Source: a virus
Taxonomy: Duplodnaviria > Caudoviricetes
Strand: one strand, 5' to 3'
IMG/VR virus record: IMGVR_UViG_3300023503_000001
Coordinates: 1-54,472 of that record
Length of the DNA stretch: 54,472 bases
Shown here: positions 23,076 through 35,300 of the stretch, one piece after another
Position numbering within the stretch: the stretch's first letter is position 1
How the letters are laid out: every line of letters starts with the position of its first letter
The notes under the pieces: generated by a model
What the model saw: the letters and a program-made list of their open reading frames with translations, nothing else
What the model was told of the DNA's origin: nothing
Databases searched by the model: none
Position numbers and translations under genes: made by a program

Positions 23076-26000
23076 AGAAATTGGCGTTAATATAGAAATA
23101 GATGTTACTAATTCTCAGCGTATTCTGGCTGACCTTAGTCGTCAACTTCTTCGCAATGATGAATTAATTGCTCAGCTCAAGAAAAATGGAGTTTCTTGGG
23201 CAGATTCTTTTTCAGATAAACTTAAAGAATTAAAAGAACGTATTGATATTTTAGGCTTATCTTCATTTAATTATTATAAACAAGGAAAAAATTTATCTCA
23301 AACTCATATTAATAAAATAAAGAAAGAAATAGCAGCAGTTGCTAAATTAACCAAAATGTATCAACAGATGCAAGCTGCTACTTCTCAGTTTAAATTTGGG
23401 AAATCAACTTTATTAGATATTTCAAAAGAGCCTTTTACTGCACATTTACGGGATCCTTTTAAGAAACAAAAAGAAAAGGAGCTTAAAGAGCAAGAAAAAT
23501 TAGCAAAAACTACTGCTAAGTGGGAAAATAAATTTTGGAGTAATATTGATAAGGCTCGTTTAAAAACTCAAAAAGATGATTTAAAAGCATTTCTTACTAC
23601 CTTACAAGAGGTTTCAAAAACACATATAGCTGCTAGTTTAGGCGGAAAAGCTGCTACTAAAGATTTAGAGCGACGTAAAAAAGAGTTAGAAAAATTTGGT
23701 ACTTGGGAAAAGAATTTTTGGTACAATTTAAGCCAAGCGAAAATAAAAGCTCAGCAAGAAGATTTAAAAAGATTTATTAAGTCTTTACAAGATGCCTCAA
23801 AAAGTTATACAACAGCCTCATTAGGAGGACAAGCGGCTGTTAAAGATTTAGAAAAGAGGAAACAAGCCCTTCAAAAGTTTGAAACTTGGGAGAAGAATTT
23901 TTGGCATAATATTGGAAAAGCAAAATTAAAAGCACAAAAGGAAGATTTAAAACGTTTCATAGATTCGTTAAAAGAAACAGGTCGAATTTATAAGAAAATT
24001 AAAGATGACAACTTAAGAGCATTTATTACTTCATTACAAGCTAATGATATTTCAGGGAATAGAGTATTAGCTTCATTAGGTGGTAAACGTGCTCAAAAAG
24101 AGTTAGAAAAATTTAGAAAAGAACAAGAAAGAATTATTCGTCAACAAAATAAAGTTAGAGGCGAGACAGGTCGTTTAGTTGATGGAATCGTCCTAAAAGA
24201 ACGGCGTTTAACCTCTGAATATCTTGCCCAACTAGGTGTGCAAAATAAATTAAAAACGGTAGCTTTATTATTAAAACAAACTTATAAAGAAACAATCTCG
24301 ATAGCTAATATCTTAAATACGGCATTAAAAATTTCAACTTATGCTCTGGTTAATAAAGTAGCCGATTTTGGTACATTCTTACAAGAATCTGCTACAATCG
24401 CTAGTGATTTTATCGGTTATAAAAATGCTTTAGCTATAGCAGCTGGTAGCCAAGAACAAGCTACAAGAAGGATGCAAGACGCTGTCAAAATAGCTATTCA
24501 ATTAAAATTATCAATTACGGCAGTTGTTAAAGAATTTTCTAAATTTATTAATGCTACAACTTTGGCAGGTTTGTCTATAGAAAAAGCCACAAATATATTT
24601 AAAGATTATGCCATCGCAGCTCGAGTTTTAAATTTAAACGAAGAGCGTACTTCAAGTATGTTCTTAGCATTAGAACAAATGGTCTCTAAAGGAACGGTGT
24701 CTATGGAAGAACTTCGTAGACAATTAGGTGACCATTTGCCAGGCGCATTAAATTTAGCAGCCCAAGCAATGGGTTATAGTAAGGATAAGATAGGCGAGTT
24801 TGTTAAGGCTGTTTCTCAAGGTAAGATTAAGTCATTAGAATTAGTTGAAGCTTTAGGTGAATTAGTTAAGAAGAAAACCTCACCTTACTTAACAGCAGCT
24901 TTAGATAAATATACAGCTAAAATACAACATTTACAAAACGCTATAACTTTACTTAAAGAAAAAATTGGTAAAGTATTTGGATGGGTTGTAGGTGGGGGAG
25001 CCGAATTTATTGGTGATGTACTTTTTTGGTTTAATAAATTCTTACCAAATTCAGCGACATTAGGCGCCGCGTTTGATTCAGCTGGTAATGCTATTGTTTC
25101 TGCTGATGGTTATTTACAGGATTGGAATAAAGATTTAATAGCTTCACAGAATGAGACTAAAACAACAGCAGAAAAATTAAAAGATTTTTCTGATCAAATG
25201 AAGATAGCTACCAGTGAATTAAACGTTGCACAAATGTCTGTGCTTGCTTTCACGGGCATAATAGCCACTAATGCTTCTTTCAATGTTTTAAAAATGCTGT
25301 TAAGCCCACTTAATAAAATAAAAGATTTATTCATAGCTATCTTTGGCCTAAAAATTGCTTCAAAATTTAGAATTATAGGTACTGCTTTTGCTTATGGTAT
25401 CGATATAATTAAGAATTTCCCTAAATATATTGGAATTTTAAGATTAGCTTTAGCTGGATTAATGGACCCATTAGGTTGGTTAGCCATAGGATTCACAGCT
25501 ATTAGTTCTGGCTTATTTTACTTCTTAGTTCATTCAAAAAAAGGATCTGTTATTTTAAAAGTTTTTGATAATCATTTAATTGAACTTACAGATTCTTTAT
25601 CAACTTATTCAGAAGAATTAGATAATTATCTTGTAAAAGCATCAAAAGTTCAAAATTTCCAAGCAATAGACCAAATTACACAACAGCAACAAGAATTAGA
25701 AAAAATTCATAATAGAATTGTTCTTTTAGCTAATAAGAAAAAAGCATTAGAGCAATCTCTAGGGACAATCGAGAAATATTTAGCTGAACATGGCTATTAT
25801 ACAGAAAATGCTAAACAAGCTCTTCAGTTTATTCAACTCTTAGACTTAGAAATTCAAGCTTTAACTAATTATGAGAAAACATTAAAAACATCTTTTGAGA
25901 GTACTAAAAATGAAATTGATGATCAAGTTAAGAGCTTAAATGAATTATTAAAAAAATACAAAGAGTGGAGTGATAATTCAGAATCCTATTTACTAGATGT

Positions 26001-27291
26001 AAAAATTAATATTGTTGGATTACCTAAGAGTCAGCAAAAAGAAATTTTAATTCGATACAAGGCAGTTCAAATAGCTCTTCAACGTATAGCAAAAGAGGCT
26101 CAAAACGCTGCCGACATAAATAAAATAATGAGCCAAGAAATGGCCAAGGCAGAAAAACAAATACAGTTAGAACGCCTTCAAAGAAGGATAAAAGATGCAA
26201 ATGACTCAACTAAAAAGTTTGATGATACTTTTAAAAAGCTATTTAAAACAATTTCTGATGGTACTAGGTCTACTAAGCAAGAAAAAGAGCAGATTGGCTT
26301 AAGTTCTTTTGAGATTGAAAGATTAAAAATAAGTTATGAGCAAGAAACATTAGATAAGCAAATTTCTGAATTAGCTACAAAAGCACTTACAAAAGCCCAA
26401 AGAGCACAGATTGAAACTTTAAAGCAAGCGTTAGCTCTTTATGTAAAATTAAGAACAGAGACTTTACAACAAAAAGAAGCAGAGGATAAACGAAAGAAAA
26501 CTCTAGAAGAATTGACGAGACAGCAAGAGGACTTTAATAAGTTAAGACTACAAGGCTTTGACTTAATAAAAGAATTTTTACCGCTTGAGCAGCAATATGC
26601 TTTACAAATCGAAGAAATAGATAAAAAATTAAAAGCATACGGGGCAACGGCAGAACAAATAAAGAAAGTCCACAGAAAAGTATGGAAGGATATTCTCGCA
26701 AATGCGAAAGAGACACAGATAACCTTAGAGGATGTCACGAAACAGCTCGCAGAAAAGATGCAGTCGCATTTTTCCGACTTTTTCTTTGATGTAATGCAAG
26801 GAAAATTCGAAAATATGGCTGATTCTTTCAAGCAAGCTTTAGACCGGATGGTTGCAGATGCAATGGCCGCTAATTTGACGAAATACTTAATGGGTCAAGT
26901 TGCACCGAGTGGTTCGTTTGATGGTATTTTAGGTTCTATTGTATCTGGTTTATTTGGAGTAAATCAAACTGCCACACCTCCTTCCACAGGTATAAGTTTT
27001 ACAACCGCTGCATCTTTTACTGGTGGTGCTTTTCCTCAATTTGCAACTGGAGGTGAATTTAGAGTTGGAGGAACAGGCGGTACAGATTCTCAAATAGTCG
27101 CGTTTAGGGCCTCGCCAAATGAAATTGTTAGTATTAAAACGCCTTCACAACAAAAACAAGAAAATAAAAGCCAAGTAATAAATATTACTATGAATATATC
27201 TACACCTAACGCAGATAGCTTTATGCAAAGTAAAAATCAAATTCTTAACGATATTAAATTACAAATGCAACACGCTGGGCGTTTATCATGA
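23068..27291 (+). CDS. Tape measure protein
   Basis: 1407 aa helical; QMVSKGTVSMEELRRQLGD motif; C-terminal FATGG..G.GGTDS. Confidence 0.93.
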   Translation: MAEEIGVNIEIDVTNSQRILADLSRQLLRNDELIAQLKKNGVSWADSFSDKLKELKERIDILGLSSFNYYKQGKNLSQTHINKIKKEIAAVAKLTKMYQQMQAATSQFKFGKSTLLDISKEPFTAHLRDPFKKQKEKELKEQEKLAKTTAKWENKFWSNIDKARLKTQKDDLKAFLTTLQEVSKTHIAASLGGKAATKDLERRKKELEKFGTWEKNFWYNLSQAKIKAQQEDLKRFIKSLQDASKSYTTASLGGQAAVKDLEKRKQALQKFETWEKNFWHNIGKAKLKAQKEDLKRFIDSLKETGRIYKKIKDDNLRAFITSLQANDISGNRVLASLGGKRAQKELEKFRKEQERIIRQQNKVRGETGRLVDGIVLKERRLTSEYLAQLGVQNKLKTVALLLKQTYKETISIANILNTALKISTYALVNKVADFGTFLQESATIASDFIGYKNALAIAAGSQEQATRRMQDAVKIAIQLKLSITAVVKEFSKFINATTLAGLSIEKATNIFKDYAIAARVLNLNEERTSSMFLALEQMVSKGTVSMEELRRQLGDHLPGALNLAAQAMGYSKDKIGEFVKAVSQGKIKSLELVEALGELVKKKTSPYLTAALDKYTAKIQHLQNAITLLKEKIGKVFGWVVGGGAEFIGDVLFWFNKFLPNSATLGAAFDSAGNAIVSADGYLQDWNKDLIASQNETKTTAEKLKDFSDQMKIATSELNVAQMSVLAFTGIIATNASFNVLKMLLSPLNKIKDLFIAIFGLKIASKFRIIGTAFAYGIDIIKNFPKYIGILRLALAGLMDPLGWLAIGFTAISSGLFYFLVHSKKGSVILKVFDNHLIELTDSLSTYSEELDNYLVKASKVQNFQAIDQITQQQQELEKIHNRIVLLANKKKALEQSLGTIEKYLAEHGYYTENAKQALQFIQLLDLEIQALTNYEKTLKTSFESTKNEIDDQVKSLNELLKKYKEWSDNSESYLLDVKINIVGLPKSQQKEILIRYKAVQIALQRIAKEAQNAADINKIMSQEMAKAEKQIQLERLQRRIKDANDSTKKFDDTFKKLFKTISDGTRSTKQEKEQIGLSSFEIERLKISYEQETLDKQISELATKALTKAQRAQIETLKQALALYVKLRTETLQQKEAEDKRKKTLEELTRQQEDFNKLRLQGFDLIKEFLPLEQQYALQIEEIDKKLKAYGATAEQIKKVHRKVWKDILANAKETQITLEDVTKQLAEKMQSHFSDFFFDVMQGKFENMADSFKQALDRMVADAMAANLTKYLMGQVAPSGSFDGILGSIVSGLFGVNQTATPPSTGISFTTAASFTGGAFPQFATGGEFRVGGTGGTDSQIVAFRASPNEIVSIKTPSQQKQENKSQVINITMNISTPNADSFMQSKNQILNDIKLQMQHAGRLS

Positions 27292-27917
27292 GCTTTGAAG
27301 AAGTCCAATTTCCTAAATCTATTTCATATGGTTCATCTGGCGGACCAGGGTTTTTAACACAAATTAATACAATATCTTCTGGTTTTGAAAAAAGAAATTT
27401 ACGTTGGCCATATCCTAGACATAAATATAATGTAGCTTATGGAGTTAAGACTGCGTCACAATTAGAGGAGTTGATTAATTTTTTCAACGCAATGAACGGT
27501 CGAGCCATAGGCTTTAGATATAATGATCCTTTAGATCATAAAACTTGTTCTTATAAAAATCAACCATCAGCTTTTGATGTTACTAATATTACATCAGCTG
27601 TTGGAGGTGAAACAACTTTTCAATTAGTTAAAAAATATCAAGTAGGTTCAAGAATAATAACTAGACCAATAAAAAAACCGATCCAAGGCACAGTTAAAGT
27701 TGCAGTTAATGGTAATGAATTAACACCTGCTTATTTTACAGTGGATCATACACAAGGATTAGTAACTTTAAACGTTCCTCTAACTGCTGGTGATAGCGTC
27801 ACAAGTGGCTGTGAGTTTGACGTTCCTTGTCGTTTTGATACCGACACTTTGCAAATCAATCTTGTAGCAGATATCGTTGGTAATACAGAAATTCCTGTTG
27901 TTGAGATTAAAGTATGA
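27288..27917 (+). CDS. Distal tail protein (DUF2460, GTA-type)
   Basis: FP..ISYGS.GGP, SGFEKRN, EFDVPCRFDTD. Confidence 0.9.
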   Translation: MSFEEVQFPKSISYGSSGGPGFLTQINTISSGFEKRNLRWPYPRHKYNVAYGVKTASQLEELINFFNAMNGRAIGFRYNDPLDHKTCSYKNQPSAFDVTNITSAVGGETTFQLVKKYQVGSRIITRPIKKPIQGTVKVAVNGNELTPAYFTVDHTQGLVTLNVPLTAGDSVTSGCEFDVPCRFDTDTLQINLVADIVGNTEIPVVEIKV

Positions 27918-28966
27918 AAAATATATCAACACAATTAGTTCAGCATTATCAACAAGAAGTAACTACTGTTTGCTCTTGTTGGCGTTTAGAACTAACAGAT
28001 GGAACTATTTTAGGTTTTACAGATCATGTTGATGATTTAGTAATAGAAGGAGTCACTTATGAAGCAATGACTGGCTTCAATAGGACAGCTATTCGTCAAA
28101 ATAGGAATTTTAAAGTAGATAACCACGACATAACTGGGTTAATTGACTCTTTAACTATTACAGAAAGTGATTTACTTGCTGGACGATATGCTAATGCTAA
28201 ATTATATTATTTTGAAGTAAATTATGAAGATTTAACACAAGGTATTGTTAAATTAGATGTTGGTTATTTAGGCGATATTACTCTTAAAGATGGTATTTTT
28301 ATAGCCTCTTTTAACTCTATAACAAGAAAATTAGACCAAACTATCGGCGAAAAGTATAGCCGCTATTGCCGACATATTTTAGGAGATGCAAATTGTGGTG
28401 TACATATTCCTAAAGATATTTGGCGGCCAAATACAGTTTATAATGTCGGCGATATTGTTTTATCTCCAACATTAGCTACTAATGTTCAATTTATCTGTAT
28501 TACCGCTGGAACATCTAACATTTCTGGTAATGGTTTAGAACCAGCGTGGGATACCACTATAGGCAATACTATCCTAGATACTGACGTAGTTTGGCAAGTA
28601 GAAGCAAGTAACGGCAAGATAGGACAAGTTGTTAGTTTAATTGATGACTATTCATTTAATTCGACAGTAACAGACGCAGATTCTTGGTACCAAAAAGGTA
28701 CTTTAGTTTTTTATTCAGGTGCAAACACTGGATATAGTTTTGACGTTAAACAATCCTTTTCAACAGGTGAAATTCAGCTTTTAACAAAAATTTATAATGA
28801 AATAAATATTGGAGATAAATTTTTTATAACAGTCGGCTGTAATCACATTTTAAAATCCGCAGATGGTACTTATAATGGTGATTGCAAGATAAAATTTAAT
28901 AACGTTTTAAATTTTGGAGGTGAACCAGAAATTCCTGGTAATAATAAAATTCTTGCTGGAGCTTAA
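27914..28966 (+). CDS. Tail hub protein (DUF2163/BR0599) with inserted carbohydrate-binding-like module
   Basis: GFTDH, C...LGD..C, GC...C..KFNN..NFGGEP.IPG. Confidence 0.9.
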   Translation: MKNISTQLVQHYQQEVTTVCSCWRLELTDGTILGFTDHVDDLVIEGVTYEAMTGFNRTAIRQNRNFKVDNHDITGLIDSLTITESDLLAGRYANAKLYYFEVNYEDLTQGIVKLDVGYLGDITLKDGIFIASFNSITRKLDQTIGEKYSRYCRHILGDANCGVHIPKDIWRPNTVYNVGDIVLSPTLATNVQFICITAGTSNISGNGLEPAWDTTIGNTILDTDVVWQVEASNGKIGQVVSLIDDYSFNSTVTDADSWYQKGTLVFYSGANTGYSFDVKQSFSTGEIQLLTKIYNEINIGDKFFITVGCNHILKSADGTYNGDCKIKFNNVLNFGGEPEIPGNNKILAGA

Positions 28967-28967
28967 A

Positions 28968-29390
28968 ATGCGAGATAAAATTATACAGGAAGCAAGAACT
29001 TGGCTTGAGACACCTTTTCAGCATCAAGGTAGAAAGAAAGGAGTAGGCGTTGATTGTGTTGGATTAGTTGAGCAAGTTGGTTTTTCTTTAGGCCTTGCTC
29101 CAGCTGATTATGTACCTGTTTTAAATTATAGTCAAAGTCCTACTGAAATAATGACAAAAATTTTAAATAAATATTTAAAACAAATATCTAAAAACCAAAT
29201 AACACAAGGAAGTATTCTCTTTTTTAAGACTTCACCGAGAGCTCTTTGGGGACAGCATTTAGGGTTTTATACAAGAGATAATACTTTAATCCATGCTTAT
29301 AGTCCTAAAAATAAAGTAGTAGAAGTTACTTTTAGTGCTCTTTGGAAAAAACAACTTATTGCTGCTTATGATTTTATCGGAGTAAATTAA
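28968..29390 (+). CDS. NlpC/P60 tail peptidase
   Basis: TPFQHQGR..GVGVDCVGL, HLG, IHAY. Confidence 0.92.
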   Translation: MRDKIIQEARTWLETPFQHQGRKKGVGVDCVGLVEQVGFSLGLAPADYVPVLNYSQSPTEIMTKILNKYLKQISKNQITQGSILFFKTSPRALWGQHLGFYTRDNTLIHAYSPKNKVVEVTFSALWKKQLIAAYDFIGVN

Positions 29391-29391
29391 A

Positions 29392-32300
29392 ATGGCAGTT
29401 TTAGCATTATCTGTGGCGGGCGCAGCTATTGGCGGAACTTTAGCATCCGAAGCTGTCTTATTTGGGTTAACAGGTGCTCAAATTGGCTGGACATTAGGTG
29501 GTATTGTCGGAAACATGCTGTTTGGGCCTGATGATGTTTCTCAACAAGGGCCTCGTTTAGAAGATACATCGGTTTCATCAGCCGCCGAAGGAGCTGTTAT
29601 ACCTGTTTTATATGGTACAGGGCGATTGGCTGGACAAGTTATCTGGGCAGACGATTTAGTTGAGCATGTTCATGTTCAATCTAGCGGTGGAAAAGGAGGA
29701 GGTCCTTCTGTAACTTCAACATCGTATACTTACACAGCGTCGTTCGCTGTGTCTTTTGGCTTGAATAAAAATACAAAATTATTACGTCTTTGGGCAAATA
29801 AAAAATTAATTTATGACGCAACAAATAATTCTGATCTTGCTTTTAACTTAAATTTAAATTTTGTATTTTATGATGGAACACAAGAAGAACCTGATGCAAC
29901 GATTGAAGCTTCAGTTGGATTAGGCAATTGTCCTGCTTATAAAGGATTAGCTTATATTGTTTTAAATGATTTAGATTTATCTGAACATTTTGGAAATAGA
30001 ATTCCGTCGATAGAGGCGGAGTTAAGTCACGATACATCTATAAGTCATTCAGTAGGTTCTACATGGGCATATCCTTATGAAGCACCTACTCCTGCTAATA
30101 TGCCTACTCCTGCTAATATGCCTCCTCCAAATTATTCAACTATAACAAGGCATCCTTTAACTGGTTTTTTTGATGGTCAATATTATTATATACAAACTAG
30201 AGTAGATTATTCTAGATATAGTTTAGATTATTCTTTTATTTATCGTCAAAATTTAAAAAATGACCAATTAGAAGAAGTCGTCAGACTAAATGATATATTT
30301 AACGTAAAACCTACTTGGATCGGAGATGAATATTTAAGTACAGGTTATTTTTATGCCTCAAGCAATCCTTCTGATATTGATTCTTTTGTTTGTTTAAAAC
30401 AAAATGCTAAAACAGAAGGACTTATTTGTTTTTATAATATAGAAAACAGGCAAAGTAATTATTTTAACTATCAAACACCAGTTGCTATAACAAGTACAAA
30501 TTCTCATTTAATTTTAGGAGAAACTGCTAATACGCTTCTTATATATTGTAAAAATTCTTATTCTACTATTGGTTATTTTGGTAAAATAAATAAACATTTA
30601 CGTGGAGGTTTATTTAATACTCAAACAGTATATTTAGAAGAATGGGATACTTTTTCTACTAATTCTTATAATTATCATCTTATAATAGATTGGGCAACTG
30701 ATAAATATTTTTACATAGATGAAGACACCTCAGGAAAATATTTACAAGAAACAAATACAACATTTTCGTCAAATCCTAAAATTTATTTACAGTATGCTTC
30801 TTCTTATACTGGTCCAGATATTTTAAATGATTTCTGGGCTACTTTAAGATATTTATATGTGTCAATTTATGGCGCTATAAAATGGGGCATATATTGCGCA
30901 GACATAAATGAAACATGGTATATTTTACGTAATTTTACAGATGGCTATCCTTATTTAATACAACTAGAAGCTACAGGCGAATTATTTCACGCGATTAAAT
31001 TACCTACTGACCTTTCAAGCTTTACTTCAAAATTCGAGGCTGCCGGTGGCTTAAGGTATCATGGAGGCTATATTACTTTTGCATATGGCTCAGGCTATAC
31101 TGAAAGACTTATTAAATTTAATCCAGTAACAAAAGAATTAATTGAAATACAAACTAACGCAGGATATTTTCCTGTAGGTATTTACTATCTACCTGAAAAA
31201 TTATCTTATACTGGACTTGTTCACTATTTATCATATCTAGGTCCTAATAATACAAATCAAGTAGACGCACTTAATTTTTTCTTACTTCGAGAGGGCTTAG
31301 CTTCAAATAAAATTTGGTTACAAGATGTAATTTTAGATATTTGTAAAACTGCTGGTTTAAAAGATAATGAATTAGATGTAACAAATATTACGCAACAATT
31401 AACTGGCTATATAAGAACAAGACTTTCAGCGGCTAAAAATGAGCTTCAAAATTTAACAACTTTTGCTCAATTAGATGCTATTATCCATGATTGGAAATTG
31501 ACTTTTGTTTCTAAAAATAGAGATTTTAGTTTAGCATTAGTTGAAAACGATTTTGCACTTGAGTCTGAAACTTCAAATAATCTTTATGACTTTAAGTCTC
31601 CAATTATTACAGACTTACCTAAAAAATTTATTTTAGAGTATAGCTCTTCTGACCAACTTTATGAAATAGCTACTGCACAAAGTATCTGGGCAACAGGAAA
31701 AACAGAACGGGTAGTAAATCTTCAACTGCCTATAATAATGTCAGATCAGGAAGCTTTAGCTTTAGCTGAATTTTTACATCAATTATCTATAAATACTGTT
31801 TCTCTTTCGTTTAATCTTTCAGATGCATATATTCAATTAGAGCCTACTGATATATTAAAAATTACTTTAAATGGTAAAGATTATACTTTAATCATTAATA
31901 GAATAGACTATGGTTTAAATAGACTATTAAAAATAGAAAGTATTTTATATGATAAAAATTATTTAACATCGTATGGGGAAGCAGGCGGTACTTCTGATAG
32001 ATTACCAAATTTAACAGATAATCCATTTTATGAGTGTATAATTTTAGATACACCTTTGTTACGAGATGTGGATTTAGATCAACCTGGCCCTTATTTGGTT
32101 CCTTATAGCTTAACGAATGTCTATAAAACAGCGCATCTTTTTACTTCTCCTGACTCTTTAAATTATTCTCTTGAAAAGTCAGTTTCTGGTGAGCTAACTA
32201 TAGGCTATGTTGAGTTTCAACCTACTGATATTACTTCTTATGGGGAGTATGATTATATTAATACTTTAGTTGTTACTCTATTTTCTGGACAGCTGTCTAG

Positions 32301-35300
32301 TACAACTGAAGCAGCTTTATTAAAAGGTGCAAATGTTTTTGCTTGGGGTCAAGAAGGTCGATGGGAAATTTGTCAATTTGAGTCCGTAGAATTAATTGAT
32401 ACAAATAAATATTTACTTAAAAAGCTGTTAAGAGGCCGCAGAGGCACAAATAAATTCATAAATACACATCAGGTAAATGATAAGTTTATTTTACTTGATA
32501 GTAATAAAATTGTTCGTCAACAATTAGTTTTAAATGATATTGCTTCTACTTATTATTATAAGTTTTTAGCCTCTCAACAAACATTAGCAGATGTAACTGC
32601 TAAATCATTTACTATAAATGATAATGCTTTAAAGCCATTTTCACCAATCAATATTACATATGATGACAATAATGGAGATTTAATTTTCACTTGGACTCGA
32701 CGTACTAGACGAAATGGTTTCTATTATAATTTATATGATAGTGTAGGAGGCTCTTTACAAGAAGACTTTGAAAAATATAAAATAGAACTCTATGACACAA
32801 ATAATATACTAATTCGTTCTGAATTTGTAACAACAGCTACATATACATATACTCTTGTCCAACGGATCCAAGACGCTGTATTTGATAATTTTACAATAAA
32901 AATATATCAACAAAGCGCAGTAGTTGAAGATGGCTTTGATGAGGTATATACATATCTTTCATCCGTTGATGTAGATCTTAATTTATATTTTTCGACTGCT
33001 TTATCTTTTGATTCAGCATATATTCTTCCTATTGTTCAACCTTATTTAAGTGGATATGGTACTAAGTATGGCTTAAATTATGGAGGTGATGCGTTTAATT
33101 ATTATTTCTCGTCTCAAAATAATATTGAAATAAAAGGGCATTCTGTCGTATCAATACAATCAGATGGGACTGATGAATTAGCATATATACGGCCTAAGAT
33201 ATTTCCTTCTTCATATCAATTTTTATTTAAAATAAAAGGTGTACCTACTAGTGGGACTATTCCATTCTTTTTAGAACGTTATAATGATTCTCCAGAAAGT
33301 CCTTTTATTGGTTTAGCTCTTGTAAATGGTAGGTTTAATAGAGCTATAAGATATAATTTTAATAGTGGAATTTCTTACTACTATTCTGGCGTTACTTATA
33401 ATGGTTCAGATTTTTACGTTAAAGTAATTTATTCTCAAAAAAATGAAGAAATTACTTTTTATATGTCATATGATTTAGAAAATTGGACCTTCATAAGTAC
33501 AGAACAAATAGCTTACTTACCCTTGCCTTGTTTATGTGGTAATACTTCTGTTGTAGCAACTTTTGAATTAATTGAATATTCTCCAGAAATAATAGTCTCC
33601 AAAGATTTAAATGCTACTTATGTAGAGATGTGCTCTAAATTAGGCGCAGTTGTACATTGGTCATTTGATGAGCTTTCTGGTCAAACAGCAATTGATAGCA
33701 TTGGTAGTTTAAATGGAACTTATAATAATACTATATTAACCCAGACGCCCTTACAACTCGAATCTGATTATTCTATTAAATTTAACACTGGAGGCTTCAT
33801 TTCAACTCCATTAAATTTAACTAATAATACAGATATTACTATTTCATGTTTCTTTAAAAGCCCTATACAATTACCTTCTACTATGAAAGTAATTTGTAGC
33901 TTAGGAGATACAATAAATGAAACAGATAAAAAAGTATTATATATAAGTCAAGGTTATGTTTATGCTGATGGTTCAAAAAATTTAACAAATCTTTTCATAT
34001 CTTTTGGTGATACATATTTAGACACTAAGGTTGCAATTAATGATGACTTAATTCACCATTTAATTGTGAGCGTTAAAACAAATGAAGTAAAAATTTATTT
34101 AGATAATCAATTACTTACGTATGAGTATAATAATACAATTGGAAATATAGATTTGACAGGAAGTCAACCTTTATTGATTGGAGCTAAAACAACCACTGAT
34201 ACTGCCTTTAATTGGCATGGTTACCTGGATGAATTTAGTGTCTTTACAGAGGTTCTTCCTTATGCTAAAATTAATCAATTATTTAAACGCAGTATTTCTA
34301 CTTATGCTCAATTTATTTATCAATTAAAGCCATATGCTTATTATCCATTAAATGATTTACGTGTAAATGATTTTTCTGGGAATGAATTTAATTTAGTAAC
34401 TAGTAATGCATTAGTTTTAACAAATAGTTTAGTAGCTAATAAAAAAGATTCAGCGTTACAATTTGATGGTACAGCTTATGTGAAAACAAACACACCGGCA
34501 TTAACTAGTGTTGCAACTATTTGTTTATGGGTTACTTTTGATTCTTCTGCCTCAACAGTTAAAAATATTATATACAGTACAGGACAACCTGACTCTACTC
34601 AGGGTGAAAAAATAGAAATAGGCTACATAGATGAATTAGGTACATCTTCTTTAGCTGTCTTCTTCGGAGGTAACTATATAAAAGATAGCTCGCTCAGAAA
34701 CATAAAAGACGACGCAGTACATTTTATCTGTGTAGTTCTTGGTCCAACCATTGATGCAACTGAACTTTATTTGGATGGTATAAAACTTACTACTGTTAAA
34801 AATAATACCACAGTAGAAAAATCAACTATTGATTTAGGTTATACCTATTTAGGTCGTTCTGTTGATGCTGTTTCTAATAACCATAAAGGAAAACTTGACG
34901 AGGTAACTATATTTAATAAAAAGCTTACTCCCGAACAAATCTTAGTATTATATAAAATAGGTAAGCAAACTTATAGTTCTTTAGCTTTAACTAAATCTAC
35001 TTTTGCTTATTTTAAATTTGAGAAAACATTAAATTTAATTGAGATAAAGGATGAATATCTTCAGTTAACTTCTACTGACTTTAATTTAATTTCGCTTGAG
35101 AGTGGTAATTTAATTGAAGAAACTGGTTGTAAATTCATAGCTGAAACAAGTTATGTGAAAATTATTAATTTAAATAATAGTTTAAATACACTAAAAGGAT
35201 TTAATTTTATTACAGCGATTGATTCACAATTAACCGCTAAATCATCAATTATATCCTTTGTTAATCAAACATTAACGCAGGGCTTTATTCTTTCATATAC

